In this document: positions 1-9,246 of the stretch, in pieces
Layout of the letters: each line of letters opens with the position of its first letter
Numbering within the stretch: the first letter of the stretch is position 1
Assembly: GCA_963707505.1 (NCBI GenBank)
Contig: CAVPQB010000005.1
Span: 32,001-96,000, forward strand
DNA: 64,000 nt
Direction of reading: 5' to 3'
Source: an uncultured Gemmatimonadales bacterium
GTDB taxonomy: Bacteria > Gemmatimonadota > Gemmatimonadetes > Gemmatimonadales > Gemmatimonadaceae
The notes under the pieces: model-generated
Told to the model about the DNA's origin: nothing
The model's input: only the letters and a program-made list of their open reading frames with translations
The model's database searches: none
Position numbers and translations under genes: made by a program

Positions 1-1
1 C

Positions 2-61
2 GATTATCCGACACTACCGCCCACCGACCCGGACAAGCTCCGGTTCGGCTGCGGCTGCTGA
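2..61 (+). CDS. purF: 3' end of an upstream gene, probably amidophosphoribosyltransferase (partial)
   Basis: Reads DYPTLPPTDPDKLRFGCGC-TGA, ending just before the ppdK start. The DYP tail resembles the PurF C-terminus, but only 19 codons are visible. Confidence 0.45.
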   Translation, partial: DYPTLPPTDPDKLRFGCGC

Positions 62-62
62 C

Positions 63-2738
63 GTGACGCAGAAAGTCTTCTTCTTCGGCGGCGGAAAGGC
101 CGAAGGGACGAAAGACATGAAGCGCACACTCGGTGGCAAGGGTGCCAATCTCGCCGAGATGACCAACCTCGGTGTTCCCGTACCGCCCGGCTTCACGATC
201 GCCGCGACGGAGTGCATCTCGTATCTGGAAAACGGCACGTGTCCGCCGGAGCTGCGGGCCGAAGTCGAGGCGAACGTCGCGCGCCTGGAAGCAACGTCGG
301 GAAAGAAGTTTGGAGACGCGCACGACCCATTGCTTGTCTCCGTACGTTCGGGCGCCGCGGTGTCGATGCCGGGAATGATGGAGACCATCCTCAATCTCGG
401 TCTCAACGATCGAACGGTTGTCGTGCTCGCACGCGCGAGCGGCAGCGCACGCTTCGCGTACGATTCGTATCGCAGATTCATCCAGATGTACGCCGATGTC
501 GTTCTCGGCGTGCCATCCAGCGCGTTTGAGCACCTGCTCACCGCCAAGCGCATGACCGCAGGCGTCGAAAGCGATGCGGAGCTGAGTGAGGATGCGCTGC
601 GTAATCTCACCGAAGAGTTCAAGGCAATAGTTCGCAATCAGACAGGGACACCGTTTCCGACAGATCCCACAGAACAGCTGTGGGGCGCGATCGAAGCAGT
701 ATGGCGCTCGTGGACGCTCAAGAAGGCGCGCGACTACCGCCGAGTGAATGCAATTCCGGAAACACTCGGCACTGCGGTCAACGTTGTTGCGATGGTGTTC
801 GGAAACCTGGGCGACGATTCCGGAACGGGCGTCGCGTTCACACGTGACCCGTCCACCGGAGAACACAAGTTCTACGGCGAGTTTCTCGTCAACGCCCAGG
901 GCGAGGACGTCGTCGCGGGAATTCGCACTCCGATCGCCATCGATCAGATGGCCACGCGTCTGCCAGCGGCGTTCGAGCAGCTCATGGATACGCAGGCGCG
1001 GCTAGAGCGTCACTTCTGCGACATGCAGGACATCGAGTTCACCGTCGAACGCGGCAAGCTGTACCTGCTGCAGACACGCACCGGTAAACGAACCGCAGCA
1101 GCAGCCGTTCGCATTGCGCGCGACATGGTCGACGAAGGACTGATCACGAAACACGACGCGGTACGCCGCGTACCAGCTGGACAGCTGGATCAGTTGCTGC
1201 ATCCAATTATCGATCCCGCCGCGCGCGCGAAGACGCTGTGCGTCGGACTCCCCGCGAGTCCCGGCGCCTCAAGCGGAATAGCGGTATTCGATCCGGACAT
1301 CGCCGAAGCGCGTGCGGCCGACGGCGCCGCTGTGATTCTCGTCCGCGAGGAAACGACGCCCGAGGATTTTCACGGAATCGTTGCTGCGCGCGCCGTGCTC
1401 ACAGCGCGCGGTGGGATGACGAGCCACGCAGCGGTAGTCGCGCGCGGAATGGGCAAGTGTGCTGTCGTTGGCTGTCGCGACATTCACGTCGATCTCGAGC
1501 ATCGTCGGTTCACTGTCGGGAATCAGACGGTCAATGAGGGCGATTACATCACACTCGATGGCGCGACTGGCCGCGTGTTCTCCGGTGCGCTTCCCACGAT
1601 TCCGAGCGAGGTTGTACAGGTCACCAACGGCACGATGAGCGAGAACGCGGCGCCGCTGTACCAGGCTTACGCGCAGCTCCTCGGCTGGGCCGACGAAGTG
1701 CGCACGCTCAAGGTTCGCGCGAACGCCGATACGCCGCGCGATGCACGCATCGCCCGCAACTTTGGCGCGGAAGGGATCGGGCTCTGCCGAACCGAACACA
1801 TGTTCTTCGAGGGCGAGCGCATCAACGCGATGCGCGAGATGATCGTTGCGCGCGACGAGGCTGGTCGCCGGCGCGCGCTCGCCAAGCTGCTTCCGATGCA
1901 ACGCGCCGATTTCGAGGGTATTTTCGAGGCGATGGACGGCCTGCCGGTGACTATTCGCCTGCTGGATCCTCCGTTGCACGAATTTCTCCCGCACGGCGGA
2001 GAGGAGAGCAAGCTCCTGGCGCGGACGCTCGACATCCCCCGCAACGACCTGCAGCGGATCGTCGAAAACCTGCGTGAGACCAATCCCATGCTGGGTCACC
2101 GTGGATGCCGGCTCGGCATCACGTACCCCGAAATCACCGAGATGCAGGGCCGCGCGATCTTCGAGGCCGCCGTGAAGGCCAAACGGCGCGGAATAGACGT
2201 GCGACCCGAAATCATGGTCCCGCTGGTCTCCGCCGTCACCGAGTTCGACAACCAGCGAGCGATCCTCGAGCACGCCGCCGAGCAGGTTCTGGGGGTCATG
2301 GGGGAAACCGTTCCGTACCTTATTGGGACTATGATAGAGCTCCCCAGAGCGGCTCTCACGGCGGGCGAAATTGCCAAACGGGCCGAATTCTTCAGCTTCG
2401 GGACCAACGACCTGACCCAGACGACATACGGACTCAGCCGCGACGATGCCGGGCGGTTCCTTCCCTCTTACGTAGAAAGTGGCATTTTTCCGGATGACCC
2501 TTTCCAGACTCTGGACCCCATCGGAGTCGGCCGCCTGATCCGCATTGCGGTTGAGGATGGCCGAAAGGCCCGACCGGGCATTAAATTGGGCATCTGCGGC
2601 GAGCACGGAGGCGAGCCGCGGTCGGTCGCATTCTGCCATGCTACCGGCCTTGATTACGTCTCATGCTCACCCTACCGGGTTCCCATTGCCAGGCTCGCCG
2701 CTGCCCATGCCGCTCTTGAGGCCTCCCCTGGCCAGTAG
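63..2738 (+). CDS. ppdK: pyruvate, phosphate dikinase
   Basis: 891 aa with LGGKGANLAEM, SVRSGA, GGMTSHAAVVARG (phospho-His), GIGLCRTEHMF, FSFGTNDLTQ and GICGEHGG. Confidence 0.98.
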   Translation: MTQKVFFFGGGKAEGTKDMKRTLGGKGANLAEMTNLGVPVPPGFTIAATECISYLENGTCPPELRAEVEANVARLEATSGKKFGDAHDPLLVSVRSGAAVSMPGMMETILNLGLNDRTVVVLARASGSARFAYDSYRRFIQMYADVVLGVPSSAFEHLLTAKRMTAGVESDAELSEDALRNLTEEFKAIVRNQTGTPFPTDPTEQLWGAIEAVWRSWTLKKARDYRRVNAIPETLGTAVNVVAMVFGNLGDDSGTGVAFTRDPSTGEHKFYGEFLVNAQGEDVVAGIRTPIAIDQMATRLPAAFEQLMDTQARLERHFCDMQDIEFTVERGKLYLLQTRTGKRTAAAAVRIARDMVDEGLITKHDAVRRVPAGQLDQLLHPIIDPAARAKTLCVGLPASPGASSGIAVFDPDIAEARAADGAAVILVREETTPEDFHGIVAARAVLTARGGMTSHAAVVARGMGKCAVVGCRDIHVDLEHRRFTVGNQTVNEGDYITLDGATGRVFSGALPTIPSEVVQVTNGTMSENAAPLYQAYAQLLGWADEVRTLKVRANADTPRDARIARNFGAEGIGLCRTEHMFFEGERINAMREMIVARDEAGRRRALAKLLPMQRADFEGIFEAMDGLPVTIRLLDPPLHEFLPHGGEESKLLARTLDIPRNDLQRIVENLRETNPMLGHRGCRLGITYPEITEMQGRAIFEAAVKAKRRGIDVRPEIMVPLVSAVTEFDNQRAILEHAAEQVLGVMGETVPYLIGTMIELPRAALTAGEIAKRAEFFSFGTNDLTQTTYGLSRDDAGRFLPSYVESGIFPDDPFQTLDPIGVGRLIRIAVEDGRKARPGIKLGICGEHGGEPRSVAFCHATGLDYVSCSPYRVPIARLAAAHAALEASPGQ

Positions 2739-2739
2739 C

Positions 2740-3903
2740 GTGTATTCCTCGGCAATCGCCGGCCCGAGCCTCAATCTGGCGCCACCGCGCCCCTTGAGGA
2801 TCGCGCTGGTCACGGAGTACTACTACCCGCACCTGGGTGGCATCTGCGAGCATGTCCATTTTTTTGCGCGTGAAGCTCGAAAACTTGGCCATCACGTCGA
2901 CATCATAACGTCCAATCTTCCCGGCGCGGTCACGGAAAATGGCGTCATCCGGATTGGACGAAGCCAGCCGATCTACGCCAACGGCTCGCAGGCGCGAATT
3001 ACGGTCGGCATGTCGCTCCGGAAGGATATGCGCCGGGTTCTGCAGGAGGGACGCTACGATATCGTCCACGTTCACTCGCCGCTGAGCCCGATCCTTCCGA
3101 TTCTTGCAATCGAGGAAGCCGACTGCCCCACCATCGGCACCTTCCACACCTATTTCGATAAATCCGTCGGGTACCAGCTCGGGCGCAAATATTTTCAGCG
3201 CCGGCTCGATATGCTGGAAGTCGCCATAGCCGTGTCGCACTCGACCACAATCGCTCTCGATCGCTATTTCGAAGCCGACTGGACCATCATTCCCAACGGC
3301 ATCGACATCAATCTCTTCAATCCACACGCATCGCTGCCACCGGGACTGCGTCGCGACGTTCCAGCCATTCTCTTCCTCGGCCGTTTCGATCCGCGTAACG
3401 GGCTCACGACACTCATCGATTCATTCAAGCGCGTGCGCGGCAAGCAACGCGAGGCGCAGCTCGTGGTCGTCGGAGACGGTCCGCTACGCAAGCACTACTT
3501 CCGCGCGGCGGGCAACGATCCAGACATCACATTCGTCGGATCGGTGTTGAAGGCGCGCCCGAGTTACTACGCCCATGCAGCCATGTACGCGTGCCCGACC
3601 ACCAAGGCGTCGTTCGGAATCACGCTGCTCGAGTCGATGGCGTGCGAGACACCGGTAGTGTGTTCGGACATCCTGGGTTTCCGCGACGTCGTCAAGGATG
3701 GGCGCGAGGCGCTCATGGTGCCGTGCGGAAATCGGGATGCACTCGCCGATGCGATGGTGACGCTGCTCGACGACGAGACGCTACGCACGCGGCTCGGCAA
3801 GACCGGCCGGCGCGAAGCGGAGCAGTATGCATGGCCGCGCGTCACCGAACGCGTCCTCGAACAATACGATAGCGTTCTCGCGCGGCGTTCAGCGGCGGCA
3901 TGA
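2740..3903 (+). CDS. glycosyltransferase family 4 (PimA-like, GT-B fold)
   Basis: RIALVTEYYYPHLGG, DIVHVHSP, IIPNGID, LFLGRFD and SFGITLLESMA. An in-frame GTG at 2740 follows the ppdK stop; the true start could be ~2794. Confidence 0.9.
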   Translation: MYSSAIAGPSLNLAPPRPLRIALVTEYYYPHLGGICEHVHFFAREARKLGHHVDIITSNLPGAVTENGVIRIGRSQPIYANGSQARITVGMSLRKDMRRVLQEGRYDIVHVHSPLSPILPILAIEEADCPTIGTFHTYFDKSVGYQLGRKYFQRRLDMLEVAIAVSHSTTIALDRYFEADWTIIPNGIDINLFNPHASLPPGLRRDVPAILFLGRFDPRNGLTTLIDSFKRVRGKQREAQLVVVGDGPLRKHYFRAAGNDPDITFVGSVLKARPSYYAHAAMYACPTTKASFGITLLESMACETPVVCSDILGFRDVVKDGREALMVPCGNRDALADAMVTLLDDETLRTRLGKTGRREAEQYAWPRVTERVLEQYDSVLARRSAAA

Positions 3904-4586
3904 TCCTACCCGTAGCCGCCGCGGTCGCCGCGGCGGGGACGGCTGCGTACGGGGCATTTTACAGGAACAGTCCCGTCTTCGGCAGCGTCCTGCATCAGCT
4001 CCCGACATCCGACCGTGCCGTCTCGCTCACGTTCGACGACGGCCCCAATCCATACGCGACGCCGCTCGTCCTGGACGCGCTCGGCAAGGCCGGCGTCAGC
4101 GCGACCTTCTTCTTTCTCGGCAGACATGTGGAACGCTGGCCCGAGATCGCGCACCGCGCCGCCGCCGAGGGACATCAGATTGGCAACCACGGCTACTACC
4201 ATCGGAAGCTCCACTTGCGCAGCATCGGATACGTGCGCGACGACCTCGGGCGCGGCAAGGCGGCGATCGAAGCTGCATGCGCGGTGACGCCCGCGTTCTT
4301 TCGCGCACCGCACGGATTCCGCAGCCCGTGGGTCACGGCGATAGCCCGCTCGCTGGGCGAGCGCACCGTCGGTTGGTCGCTCGGTGTCTGGGATACCGAT
4401 CTGCCCGGCACGGATGCGATCGTGGCCAGAACGGTCGAAGGAGCCCGCGCGGGACACATCTTGCTTCTCCACGACGGCGATGGATACGACCCAGTTGGCG
4501 ACCGGACCCAGACGGCGCACGCGATCCCGCAGATCGTCAGCAAGCTGCATGATCGCGGCTTCACATTCGCGACTTTGCCGCGATGA
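3900..4586 (+). CDS. polysaccharide deacetylase (NodB/CE4) with N-terminal hydrophobic anchor
   Basis: LTFDDGP, IGNHGYYH, FRAPHG and ILLLHDG motifs; ATGA overlap with the GT4 gene. Confidence 0.93.
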   Translation: MILPVAAAVAAAGTAAYGAFYRNSPVFGSVLHQLPTSDRAVSLTFDDGPNPYATPLVLDALGKAGVSATFFFLGRHVERWPEIAHRAAAEGHQIGNHGYYHRKLHLRSIGYVRDDLGRGKAAIEAACAVTPAFFRAPHGFRSPWVTAIARSLGERTVGWSLGVWDTDLPGTDAIVARTVEGARAGHILLLHDGDGYDPVGDRTQTAHAIPQIVSKLHDRGFTFATLPR

Positions 4587-5572
4587 ATCGCGGTAGGATC
4601 GGCAGGTGGGTTCGCCTGACGTTGTCGGCCGCGATCATCGTTCTGCTGATCCTCTTCGCGAGGAAAGTCGACTGGGGCCAGGCGTGGCATGCGATGATAA
4701 CTGCGTCGCGTCCGCTCCTGCTCGCTGCGCTCGCGGTGAACCTTCTCACCCTCGTCGCGCGCGGCGTGAGATGGTGGATTCTGCTTCGCGCCGTCGGGTC
4801 CCCATCGCTGGCTCTGTGCATGCGCGCAACGTTCGCCGGCGCGGGTCTCAACAACGTACTCGTTGCGAACGGCGGCGACGCGGCACGCATAGTATTTGTC
4901 ACGCGATCCAGCGGGGTGCCGGCGGCCCGAGTGCTGGCGACTGCGGCGCTTGACCGTCTGTTCGATCCCATCGGCTTCATAGTGCTGTTGGCCGTGGGTC
5001 TCGCGGTATTTACCCTTCCACCAGAGTTTGAAGTCCTGCGCTGGCCCGTAGTCATCGCGCTGATCGTTATCACCATCGCGCTCGTATGGCTTGCCAGAAC
5101 GGCACCCGACGCGGAAGCCGAGCAGATCGTGGAGCGACGCGCGGCCCCGCGAGGGTGGCGAGCCCGGGCGCTGGCGTGGCTCCGCGAGTTCGGCGGCAGC
5201 ATGCGCGAGTTGGCGACGGGGCCAAGAATCGTCCCTCTGCTCGTGTTGACCATCCTCGCATGGTTGGGTCAGTTGGCGACGTTCGTCTATGCGGCGCGCG
5301 CAGCGCGCATACATCTGCCGGTTCAGGGAAGCCTCGCTGCGCTGCTCGCCGTCAACGTCTCGCTGGTCGTTCGCGCGACGCCTGGCAACGTCGGCTTCTT
5401 CCAGTTCGCGTACGCACTCGCTACAGCGCCGTTCGGGACGGTCGAAGCGAACGCGGTTGCCGTCGCGGTCCTGATCCAGGCACTGCAGATCATTCCGACG
5501 ACGCTGATCGGCGTCGCACTCGCGCCGGAGTTCATTTTCCGCAGGAAAGCAAAAACGCCGGCAGCGGTATGA
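4583..5572 (+). CDS. lysylphosphatidylglycerol-synthase TM-domain (MprF flippase-like) membrane protein
   Basis: Multiple TM segments with RGVRWWILL, NNVLVANGGDAAR, LDRLFD and TPGNVGFFQ; ATGA overlap with the deacetylase. Confidence 0.85.
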   Translation: MNRGRIGRWVRLTLSAAIIVLLILFARKVDWGQAWHAMITASRPLLLAALAVNLLTLVARGVRWWILLRAVGSPSLALCMRATFAGAGLNNVLVANGGDAARIVFVTRSSGVPAARVLATAALDRLFDPIGFIVLLAVGLAVFTLPPEFEVLRWPVVIALIVITIALVWLARTAPDAEAEQIVERRAAPRGWRARALAWLREFGGSMRELATGPRIVPLLVLTILAWLGQLATFVYAARAARIHLPVQGSLAALLAVNVSLVVRATPGNVGFFQFAYALATAPFGTVEANAVAVAVLIQALQIIPTTLIGVALAPEFIFRRKAKTPAAV

Positions 5573-5590
5573 CCCGCTGCCGGCGTTTTT
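5551..5590. terminator. bidirectional intrinsic terminator between the flippase gene and tmRNA
   Basis: AAAAACGCCGGCAGCGG-tatgac-CCGCTGCCGGCGTTTTT, a perfect inverted repeat with T-tracts on both strands. Confidence 0.9.
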
Positions 5591-5608
5591 GGTGTTAGTG
5601 GAAATGTA

Positions 5609-5975
5609 GGTGGAGGCGCGGGGATTCGAACCCCGGTCCGAAGCAAGATTCACCACAGCATCTACGTGCGTAGCCTTCGCTTTTTTGTCTCTCCAATCGC
5701 GACCCGGAAGGCGGGGCTACGACTGGACAAGGTTTCTGGAATTTCGCGATTAAGGGGAAACCGCCCCTAGCCACTATCCCGAATTTGCAATACCTGGTCG
5801 GCGCGTCAGGAGCGCTCCGATTCAGGCAGGTGCAGTAACCGCTTTACAGCAGGTTACGCAGCCAGGGCCAAGTTGTCGTTGGCAGTTGTGAAGATTCCCA
5901 GATTTTTTTACGAGGTTCCAGGAACCTCGGCACGCGGCCACAGCTTCACTAACCCCGTCGAAGCCGGTCGCCCCC
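5609..5975 (-). ncRNA. ssrA: tmRNA (one-piece); tag peptide ANDNLALAA*
   Basis: 5' GGGGGCG pairs with 3' CGCCTCC-A (G3.U alanine identity pair). T-arm is CGGGG-TTCGAAT-CCCCG. Tag frame at 5883-5854 reads GCC AAC GAC AAC TTG GCC CTG GCT GCG TAA. Confidence 0.97.
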
Positions 5976-6113
5976 ATAACATGAAACTAATACCCCGCGT
6001 AAGGCCCCGGTTCCATTCCCCGCACCACGTGGAATGTAAAGCGGCACGGCTGGCCCGGACCAAAACCTCAAAACGACTTTAAATGACGGTGCCTAAATCG
6101 TTACCCCACAACA

Positions 6114-7616
6114 TCATAACCCACCAGCGATAACCTTATCCCGGCCGCCCCTCTTTGCCGCGTACAGCGCCCGGTCCGCCGCGGAAAACAGCTCGTCTCT
6201 ATCCCGCGCCCCTTCCGGGTAGGTAGCCAATCCCAATGACACCGTCACGTGGATCTCCCGTCCGCCGATGACGAACGGTCTACCACCCACCGCGCTCCTG
6301 AGACGCTCCGCAAGCTGGCATCCGCCGGCAAGATCCGTCTGTGGCAGAAGGAGCGCCATCTCCTCGCCTCCGTATCTCGCGCAGAGATCGACGTTACGGA
6401 CCTCCGCCTGCAAAGCTGCCGCAACCCGCTTGAGCACCTCGTCACCCACCTGGTGCCCGTACGTGTCGTTGACGTGCTTGAACCGATCGACATCGACCAC
6501 CACGAGCGTGCACGAGCCGCCGAACCGGTTGGTCTCCATGACTATGCGCGTCAGCCGTTCCTCGAACTGCTGCCGATTGGCCAACCCGGTCAGGGCATCC
6601 GTCCGCGCGCGTTTGTTTATCTCCTCGATCTCCCAGACAGTTTCAAGTGCGTGAGCCGCCATCACGCCGAGCAGGCGCAGGTTCTTGGCGTCGGTCGGGC
6701 TGATCGTGATGGGCAGCTCGTTCTCCATCACGAGAGCGCCGATGACTCCGTCGCCACCACGCAGCGGGACTATCGCAAGCGCACCGAGCGTATGCTGCTC
6801 CTCGTCCCCACCAAAGACGACGAAACCACGGTCGCGATCCGTCGCGTCCTCTATCAGCACTGGGTAATCACCGATGCACGCCGCGCCCACCTGGCTCTCA
6901 GGCGTGACGATGGAGCCAGCGACTACGGGATGTCCACGAATCGAATACGCGACCTCACCGGCCGGCCGCGACGCGTTCCAGCGCACCAGCGCGACCCGCC
7001 GCGTGCCCATCATGTGCGACGCGGCGGTACAGAGCGATGCACCGAGATCTGCGACGGTTCGGTGATCCTGCAGCTGTGTCGCCATGAGCAGCAGCAAGTC
7101 AGCGTGCCGTTCCGACTGTGTCACCGCGGCCTGCGCATCGAGCAGCGACCGAAGCGTCGCCACCCTGCGGCCAAGCCGCGGGAGCCACGTGCGGAGCTGT
7201 TCCCGCGGAAGCTTGAGCGCACCACGATCTCCGGCAGCGACCGCCAGCACATGATGCGCACCGGTCGTCGATGGTATCGGCGTCGCAGCAAATGCGACGC
7301 GCTCACCGTCCGTGGAAATCTCTCCAGCGTTCTGATTCGCAGCCCACGCAATCAAACCATTCCCACGCGCGTCGAGCTCCGGCTCCTGACCATCGGCGCT
7401 CACGAATTCCATCAAACGCGGCGCGGCCGCTGGATCAGCTGCATCCCACACCGACGCGTGCACACCACCAAAGAGCTCGCGAACATCCGCAAGGACGTCC
7501 GTGATGGGCGTGTGCTCCAGCGATGCCGCGGGATCAGTACTACGCAGCCTCGGCGATCGCGTCGCTCGTTGTATCAGCGGTTCCCCCGACCAGGTCGTCG
7601 TCACCATTTCGCGCAC
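6114..7616 (-). CDS. GAF-domain diguanylate cyclase (true start probably ~7500-7540)
   Basis: TDALTGLANR, DVDRFKHVNDTYGHQVGD, RNVD (RxxD I-site) and RYGGEEM; GAF-like LAIVPLRGGDGVIGALVME. Confidence 0.9.
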   Translation of the reverse strand: MREMVTTTWSGEPLIQRATRSPRLRSTDPAASLEHTPITDVLADVRELFGGVHASVWDAADPAAAPRLMEFVSADGQEPELDARGNGLIAWAANQNAGEISTDGERVAFAATPIPSTTGAHHVLAVAAGDRGALKLPREQLRTWLPRLGRRVATLRSLLDAQAAVTQSERHADLLLLMATQLQDHRTVADLGASLCTAASHMMGTRRVALVRWNASRPAGEVAYSIRGHPVVAGSIVTPESQVGAACIGDYPVLIEDATDRDRGFVVFGGDEEQHTLGALAIVPLRGGDGVIGALVMENELPITISPTDAKNLRLLGVMAAHALETVWEIEEINKRARTDALTGLANRQQFEERLTRIVMETNRFGGSCTLVVVDVDRFKHVNDTYGHQVGDEVLKRVAAALQAEVRNVDLCARYGGEEMALLLPQTDLAGGCQLAERLRSAVGGRPFVIGGREIHVTVSLGLATYPEGARDRDELFSAADRALYAAKRGGRDKVIAGGL

Positions 7617-8595
7617 CGTAAGGGTGGGACAGGTAGTCGTCGAAGATTGCTTCGACCTCAGTGATGGATCGAACGGCGTACAACTTCTTGCGCAGCTCAG
7701 CCGATCCCGGCAAGCCCTTCACGTACCAGCCAAGGTGCTTCCGAAACTCAACCGCGGCCCCGCGGGGATCCAGCTCGAACTCGTCGGCCATGTGTGCGTG
7801 CTCGAGCGCAATTGCGAGACGCTCCCGCACCGGAGGCGCCGGCCGCTTCTCGCGCCCCTCGAGCAAGTCCCGCGTCTGATCGAAGATCCAGGGTTGCCCG
7901 AACGATCCTCGTGCAATCATGATTCCGGTGCAACCAGTCTGGCGATGCATCTCGATCGCGTCTTCGGCGGACTTGATGTCGCCGTTGCCGAGCACCGGAA
8001 TGTCCAGCGCATCGACAACCGCGGCGATCTCATCCCATCGTGCAGCGCCGCTGTACATCTGCGCCCGCGTGCGAGGGTGCAGAGTAAGCACCGTCGCACC
8101 GGCATCCTGACACCGTAGCGCGATCTCTACCGGGTTCCGCATCTCCTCGCTCCAGCCGCTGCGGATCTTGACCGTTACAGGTAGCGGTGTCGCGGCCGCA
8201 ACTGCCTTGATGACTGACTCGACCAGTCCGAGATCCTTGAGGCAGCCCGATCCGCCATTCCGCTTCACGACCTTCTTGACCGGACAGCCGAAGTTGATAT
8301 CGATGAACTCCGGCTGGAAGACATCGGATACAAGCCGCGCAGCGTCGCCCATCGCCGCCGGCTCCGCACCGAAAATCTGCACACCAATGGGACGTTCGTC
8401 GGCACCAAACCGAAGTTTGGCCAGTGTGGCCTCATTCTCGCGCCGTATTGCTTCGGCTGAAAGAAATTCGGTTACAACGACGTCGGCGCCAAAGCGATGA
8501 CAGATGCGTCGGAAGGGCGACTCGGACACTCCGGCCATCGGCGCCAGATACAGTGGCGTAGCTGCCGCAATGGGGAATGGGAATGTCCTGGTCAT
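7540..8595 (-). CDS. dusB: tRNA-dihydrouridine synthase
   Basis: LAPMAGVS, IGVQIFG, IDINFGCPVKKV, VTVKIRSGW and GNGDI; start set at ATG 8595. Confidence 0.93.
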   Translation of the reverse strand: MTRTFPFPIAAATPLYLAPMAGVSESPFRRICHRFGADVVVTEFLSAEAIRRENEATLAKLRFGADERPIGVQIFGAEPAAMGDAARLVSDVFQPEFIDINFGCPVKKVVKRNGGSGCLKDLGLVESVIKAVAAATPLPVTVKIRSGWSEEMRNPVEIALRCQDAGATVLTLHPRTRAQMYSGAARWDEIAAVVDALDIPVLGNGDIKSAEDAIEMHRQTGCTGIMIARGSFGQPWIFDQTRDLLEGREKRPAPPVRERLAIALEHAHMADEFELDPRGAAVEFRKHLGWYVKGLPGSAELRKKLYAVRSITEVEAIFDDYLSHPYGARNGDDDLVGGTADTTSDAIAEAA

Positions 8596-8640
8596 GACGT
8601 TGAAGCTAATGTTCGCTCCGAAGGTGGGCAACGCGCGTAT

Positions 8641-8669
8641 TTGACATGACTGTGGGCCGAAAGTACCTT
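8641..8669 (+). promoter_or_regulatory. sigma-70-type promoter for the PTS IIA gene
   Basis: TTGACA (8641-8646), 17-nt spacer, TACCTT (8664-8669). Confidence 0.75.
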
Positions 8670-8719
8670 GGACGGTTCACCCCGAAGTGCCCGCTCCGCC
8701 CGCACCCGCAACAGACGCA

Positions 8720-9172
8720 ATGGAACTACGCGAATTCTTCTCCGAAGATGCGATTTCGCTCGACCTCAAGGCCGACAACAAGGACGACATCCTTCGCGAG
8801 CTAATTTCGCTCCTGAAGTTGGACGAAAAGTCCGAAGGGATGCTGTTCAAGATGTTGAAGCGCCGTGAGAACCTTGGCTCGACCGGTATCGGTCGCGGGA
8901 TTGCAATCCCGCACTGCCGCTCGCTGGTCGTCAACAAGCTCAGAGTCGCCTTCGGCCGCAAACCGAACGGAGTCGACTTCAAGGCGATCGACGAAAAGCC
9001 CGTCTACTTCTTCTTTCTGATCGTCGCGCCGCCGCTGGAGGTGTCGAACCAGTACCTGCCAGTACTCGGTAAGATTGCCCAGTTCAGCAAGGAATCCGAC
9101 GTTCCCGGCCGACTCCTGGAGCTGACCGAGCCGTCCCAGTTCATGGCGTTGTTGAAGGAAAAGGGCGTGTAA
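8720..9172 (+). CDS. ptsN: PTS IIA-like (nitrogen-regulatory/fructose-type) protein
   Basis: RRENLGSTGIGRGIAIPHCR phospho-His motif and GVDFKAIDEKPV. Confidence 0.85.
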   Translation: MELREFFSEDAISLDLKADNKDDILRELISLLKLDEKSEGMLFKMLKRRENLGSTGIGRGIAIPHCRSLVVNKLRVAFGRKPNGVDFKAIDEKPVYFFFLIVAPPLEVSNQYLPVLGKIAQFSKESDVPGRLLELTEPSQFMALLKEKGV

Positions 9173-9182
9173 CGTGGCAGTT

Positions 9183-9208
9183 GTAGGGCGGGCCCCCGTG
9201 CCCGCCCT
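9183..9208 (+). repeat. single GTAG-type REP-like palindrome
   Basis: GTAG-GGCGGGC-ccccgt-GCCCGCC-CT between convergent genes. Confidence 0.55.
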
Positions 9209-9246
9209 CTTAACGGGATATCGAAAGCCGCGCCCAGTGCGTCAGG

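Noticed and set aside
5609..5645. Apparent tRNA 3' half or att-site remnant
   Set aside because: It is the 3' end of the intact tmRNA; the matching 5' end and tag frame are present.
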